A stretch of 64,000 nucleotides of DNA from Clostridia bacterium (GTDB lineage: Bacteria; Bacillota; Clostridia; Christensenellales; RUG350): NCBI GenBank assembly GCA_017631635.1, contig JAGBSX010000042.1:2330-66329 (forward strand), read 5' to 3'. The notes under the pieces were generated by a model that worked only from the letters and a program-made list of their open reading frames with translations, did not search any database and was not told the origin of the DNA. Both the position numbers and the translations under genes were made by a program. Every line of letters begins with the position of its first letter. Positions within the stretch are counted from its first letter, which is position 1. Shown in pieces: positions 61,045-64,000 of this stretch.

Positions 61045-61518
61045 TTACTCAGCATCTGCAGGTGCTTCTGCTTTCTTGGTCTTGCGGGTAGAAGTCTTCT
61101 TGGTAGCAGGTGCTTTCTTGGCAGTCTCTTTCTTGGCAGCCTTCTTAGGAGCAGCCTCGATTATTGCGCCACACTTCACACATGCTCTTAGTTTTACCTC
61201 TTTGCCGTCTACTACTTGTGTCACTATCTTGATACGGGTAGCCTTGCCATTTTTAACGCACTCTTCGTTGGAGCAGATTAGTGCTACGTTAGATGCGTCC
61301 ATCTTGGCTATCTTCTTCACTAGACCACCTTGGTCTTGTGCAGAACGAGCCTTTTTGCTCTTGGTCACCTCGTTGATAACTATCTTGCTGTCGCCGACCT
61401 TAGCCTCGCCCTTGACGATAACTTTGTTCTCGCTTGGGAAAGCCTTGTCTACTACACCAGTCATATTTTTGTACTTACCAGTACGGATAACTACGGTATC
61501 ACCTTTCTTAATATACAT
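61045..61518 (-). CDS. rplX: 50S ribosomal protein L24 with a Cys4 insertion pattern and a Lys/Ala-rich tail
   Basis: 157 aa. KOW N-terminus MYIKKGDTVVIRTGKYKNMTGVV. Then CSNEEC...CVKC and AAPKKAAKKETAKKAPATKK. Confidence 0.9.
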   Translation of the reverse strand: MYIKKGDTVVIRTGKYKNMTGVVDKAFPSENKVIVKGEAKVGDSKIVINEVTKSKKARSAQDQGGLVKKIAKMDASNVALICSNEECVKNGKATRIKIVTQVVDGKEVKLRACVKCGAIIEAAPKKAAKKETAKKAPATKKTSTRKTKKAEAPADAE

Positions 61519-61533
61519 AATATCGTGTCCTCC

Positions 61534-61902
61534 TTATAGTACTTCTGGAGCGAGAGATATGATCTTCATATAATCCTTATCTCTTAGCTCTCTAGCGATA
61601 GGTCCAAAGATACGAGTGCCCTTTGGTTGTCTTTGGTTATCTATGATAACCGCAGCATTGTCATCAAACTTAATGTGAGAACCATCAGGTCTAGAGATTC
61701 CCTTGTGAGATCTAACTATTACAGCCTTGACAACGTCGCCTTTCTTAACGACGCCACCAGGTTGAGCAGTCTTAACAGAAGCTACGATAACATCACCGAT
61801 ATTACCATACTTACGATAAGAACCTCCGAGGACTCTGATACACATTATTTCTTTAGCGCCGGTATTGTCGGCAACCTTTAGTCTTGTTTGTGGTTGTATC
61901 AT
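61534..61902 (-). CDS. rplN: 50S ribosomal protein L14
   Basis: 122 aa. [28 protein letters not shown]. Confidence 0.97.
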   Translation of the reverse strand: MIQPQTRLKVADNTGAKEIMCIRVLGGSYRKYGNIGDVIVASVKTAQPGGVVKKGDVVKAVIVRSHKGISRPDGSHIKFDDNAAVIIDNQRQPKGTRIFGPIARELRDKDYMKIISLAPEVL

Positions 61903-61914
61903 ACTATCCTCCTA

Positions 61915-62190
61915 TTATTTAGCCTTCTCGATAATCTCTACGAGTCTCCAATGCTTGTCATGACTGATTCTACGAGTCTCTGCTACTAGCACCTTGTCGC
62001 CGATAGCGCACTCGTTGTTCTCGTCGTGAGCCTTGATTCTCTTAGTTCTATTAACTATCTTCTTATACAATGGATGCTTTACTCTGGTAGCAATCTCTAC
62101 GGTGATAGTCTTGTCCATCTTGTTGGATACGACGATACCTACACGATTCTTACGCAAAGTAGTTCTCTCATTTGCTATAATTTCTGTCAT
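61915..62190 (-). CDS. rpsQ: 30S ribosomal protein S17
   Basis: 91 aa. [17 protein letters not shown]...KHPLYKK...HDENNEC. Confidence 0.95.
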   Translation of the reverse strand: MTEIIANERTTLRKNRVGIVVSNKMDKTITVEIATRVKHPLYKKIVNRTKRIKAHDENNECAIGDKVLVAETRRISHDKHWRLVEIIEKAK

Positions 62191-62203
62191 TTATCTGTCC
62201 TCC

Positions 62204-62404
62204 TCAGTTCTCGTTAGCGATTTCACGCTGACGGAGAATGGTCTTAACTCTAGCGATATCTTTCTTGGTAGTAGATATAGCCATAGGATTAGCCAACTGA
62301 CCTGAAGTGTGCTTTAAGCGAAGGTAAAATAACTCTTCCTTTAGTTCAGTCAACAATTTAATGAGTTCAGCTGTAGTCATTTCTTTAATCTTTGCAGTTT
62401 TCAT
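62204..62404 (-). CDS. rpmC: 50S ribosomal protein L29
   Basis: 66 aa. Position between rplP and rpsQ. ELFYLRLKHTSGQL. Confidence 0.93.
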   Translation of the reverse strand: MKTAKIKEMTTAELIKLLTELKEELFYLRLKHTSGQLANPMAISTTKKDIARVKTILRQREIANEN

Positions 62405-62826
62405 TAACCTTCACCACCCTCTTCACGTTTAACGAACTTGCACTTAACAGGCAATTTGTTAGCAGCAAGTCTTAGAGCTTCTCTAGCAACAGCCTCGTCT
62501 ACACCAGCGATCTCAAACATTACGCGACCTGGCTTAACTACTGCTACCCAGTACTCTACAGAACCTTTACCAGAACCCATACGAGTCTCAGCAGGCTTTT
62601 GAGTAATAGGCTTATGAGGGAATATATCCACCCATACTTGTCCGCCACGCTTGGTATATCTAGTCATAGCGATACGTGCAGCCTCTATTTGATTGGAGGT
62701 TATCCAAGAAGGCTCACACGCCATCAAACCATACTCACCATATGCTACGGTGTTGCCCGATTGAGCAGTACCTTTCATACGGCCTCTGTGCTGACGACGG
62801 AATTTAACTCTCTTAGGCATCAACAT
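62404..62826 (-). CDS. rplP: 50S ribosomal protein L16
   Basis: 140 aa. [19 protein letters not shown]. Confidence 0.97.
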   Translation of the reverse strand: MLMPKRVKFRRQHRGRMKGTAQSGNTVAYGEYGLMACEPSWITSNQIEAARIAMTRYTKRGGQVWVDIFPHKPITQKPAETRMGSGKGSVEYWVAVVKPGRVMFEIAGVDEAVAREALRLAANKLPVKCKFVKREEGGEG

Positions 62827-63479
62827 TAGTCGTTACCTCCTTTCTTACCCTTTAGAACCTCACCCTTGTAGATCCAGGTCTTGACACCGATAACGCCAAA
62901 GGTAGTGTGTGCCTCAGCGAATCCGTAATCAATGTCTGCTCTTAGGGTTTGTAGAGGTATAGAACCCTCGTGATAATGCTCACTACGTGCGATCTCTGCA
63001 CCGTCTAGTCTACCGCTAACCATAGTCTTGATACCCTTGGCACCAGCCTTCATAGCTCTAGACATACTTTGCTTCATAGCACGACGGAAAGATACTCTCT
63101 TCTCTAGTTGAGCGGCTATGCCCTCTGCTACTAGTTGAGCATCTGTATCAGGTCTCTTTACCTCAATGATATTGACGTTGACGTTCTTGTCTCCGACGAT
63201 ACCCTTAACTTCTGCTTTGATAGTCTCTACACCAGCACCGCCACGGCCGATCAATACGCCTGGCTTAGAGGTGTAAATATTTACTATCAACTTGCTTGCC
63301 GCCCTATCAATCGTTATCTTTGACAACGAACATAGGTAATATTTCTTCTTGAGGAACTTACGGATATTGTAGTCCTCTACTAGATTGTCGGCAAAATTCT
63401 TCTTGTCGGCGTACCACTGGGTATTCCAGCCTTTGATAACACCAACTCTCAAACCGTTAGGATTAACTTTCTGTCCCAT
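62826..63479 (-). CDS. rpsC: 30S ribosomal protein S3
   Basis: 217 aa. [22 protein letters not shown]. Confidence 0.97.
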   Translation of the reverse strand: MGQKVNPNGLRVGVIKGWNTQWYADKKNFADNLVEDYNIRKFLKKKYYLCSLSKITIDRAASKLIVNIYTSKPGVLIGRGGAGVETIKAEVKGIVGDKNVNVNIIEVKRPDTDAQLVAEGIAAQLEKRVSFRRAMKQSMSRAMKAGAKGIKTMVSGRLDGAEIARSEHYHEGSIPLQTLRADIDYGFAEAHTTFGVIGVKTWIYKGEVLKGKKGGND

Positions 63480-63490
63480 TGTACACCTCC

Positions 63491-63880
63491 TTACTTATTA
63501 ACTGTGTCTAGTATCACAGTGATATGGCTAGTACGCTTCAATATAGAGTGTGCTCTACCCTTTGATACAGGGTTGAATCTCTTGAGTGTAGGACCTTGGT
63601 CTGCATAACACTCTGCTACGTACAAATCGTTCTTGTTCATACCTAGGTTGTTTTGAGCATTGGCAGCAGCGCTCTCTAGAACCTTTAGTATAGGCTCATT
63701 AGCAGCCTTAACTGTGTTCTTGAGGATTGCTCTAGCCTCTACAAAACTCTTGCCACGTATGATATCTAGTACAATTCTTACCTTGAATGGGGATATACGA
63801 ATGTACTTAGCCTTAGCCATAGGACGCTTGTCAGCCTTAGCTTGACGTGCTATAGCCTTTTCTTTACTTGATCTTGGCAT
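63491..63880 (-). CDS. rplV: 50S ribosomal protein L22
   Basis: 129 aa. [22 protein letters not shown]. Confidence 0.95.
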   Translation of the reverse strand: MPRSSKEKAIARQAKADKRPMAKAKYIRISPFKVRIVLDIIRGKSFVEARAILKNTVKAANEPILKVLESAAANAQNNLGMNKNDLYVAECYADQGPTLKRFNPVSKGRAHSILKRTSHITVILDTVNK

Positions 63881-63894
63881 TTATATATCCTCCT

Positions 63895-64000
63895 TTATCG
63901 ACTTGACTTGTCACCAGCGTGACCCTTGAAGGTACGTGTAGGAGCAAACTCACCGAGTTTTTGACCTACCATATCTTCTGTTACGTATACTGGTACGTGC
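63895..64000 (-). CDS. rpsS: 30S ribosomal protein S19, C-terminal part only (5' end beyond the window)
   Basis: The reverse strand ends ...[34 protein letters not shown]-stop. Follows the expected gene order after rplV. Confidence 0.85.
   Translation of the reverse strand, partial: HVPVYVTEDMVGQKLGEFAPTRTFKGHAGDKSSR

Overview
64-kb chromosomal window from a moderate-to-low G+C, Bacillota-like bacterium (ECF S-components, ddl-murF pair, BspA-type LRR lipoproteins; the taxon call is inference). About 78 genes, nearly all on the minus strand. Housekeeping content: recX, tyrS, gyrB-gyrA, folA, gdhA, ddl, a murF-like ligase, a tsaE-tsaB-rimI cluster, rsfS, a nadD-yqeK fusion, obg, an NfnAB-like pair, nth, a cysteine desulfurase, rsmF. 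From 51.4 kb to the window end lies the 3' two-thirds of the S10-spc-alpha ribosomal superoperon (rpsS through rplQ). It includes rpmD and rpmJ, which the ORF track missed. One TPP riboswitch precedes a ThiT-type transporter. No rRNA, tRNA, CRISPR array, transposase or integrase was seen. Candidates worth follow-up: (1) an AT-rich 2.6-kb islet at 43.56-46.19 kb. It carries a promoter, a ~200-nt structured leader ending in a terminator, an EcoRI-family N6-adenine methyltransferase and an abutting DUF262(ParB-like)-HNH nuclease, an atypical R-M-like pair. (2) A cytoplasmic TIR-LRR fusion protein co-transcribed with a permease, divergent from a RyR-domain membrane protein. (3) An orphan ~165-nt structured RNA with riboswitch-like alternative helices upstream of a membrane-anchored XRE regulator and a giant lipoprotein. 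(4) A SLOG/DUF1273 plus XRE islet. (5) A 32-nt alternating pyrimidine-purine tract in the gyrBA leader. Several unusual membrane-domain fusions (MurF-like, TsaE, ThiT) and an in-frame TAG between rimI and a hydrolase are also noted.
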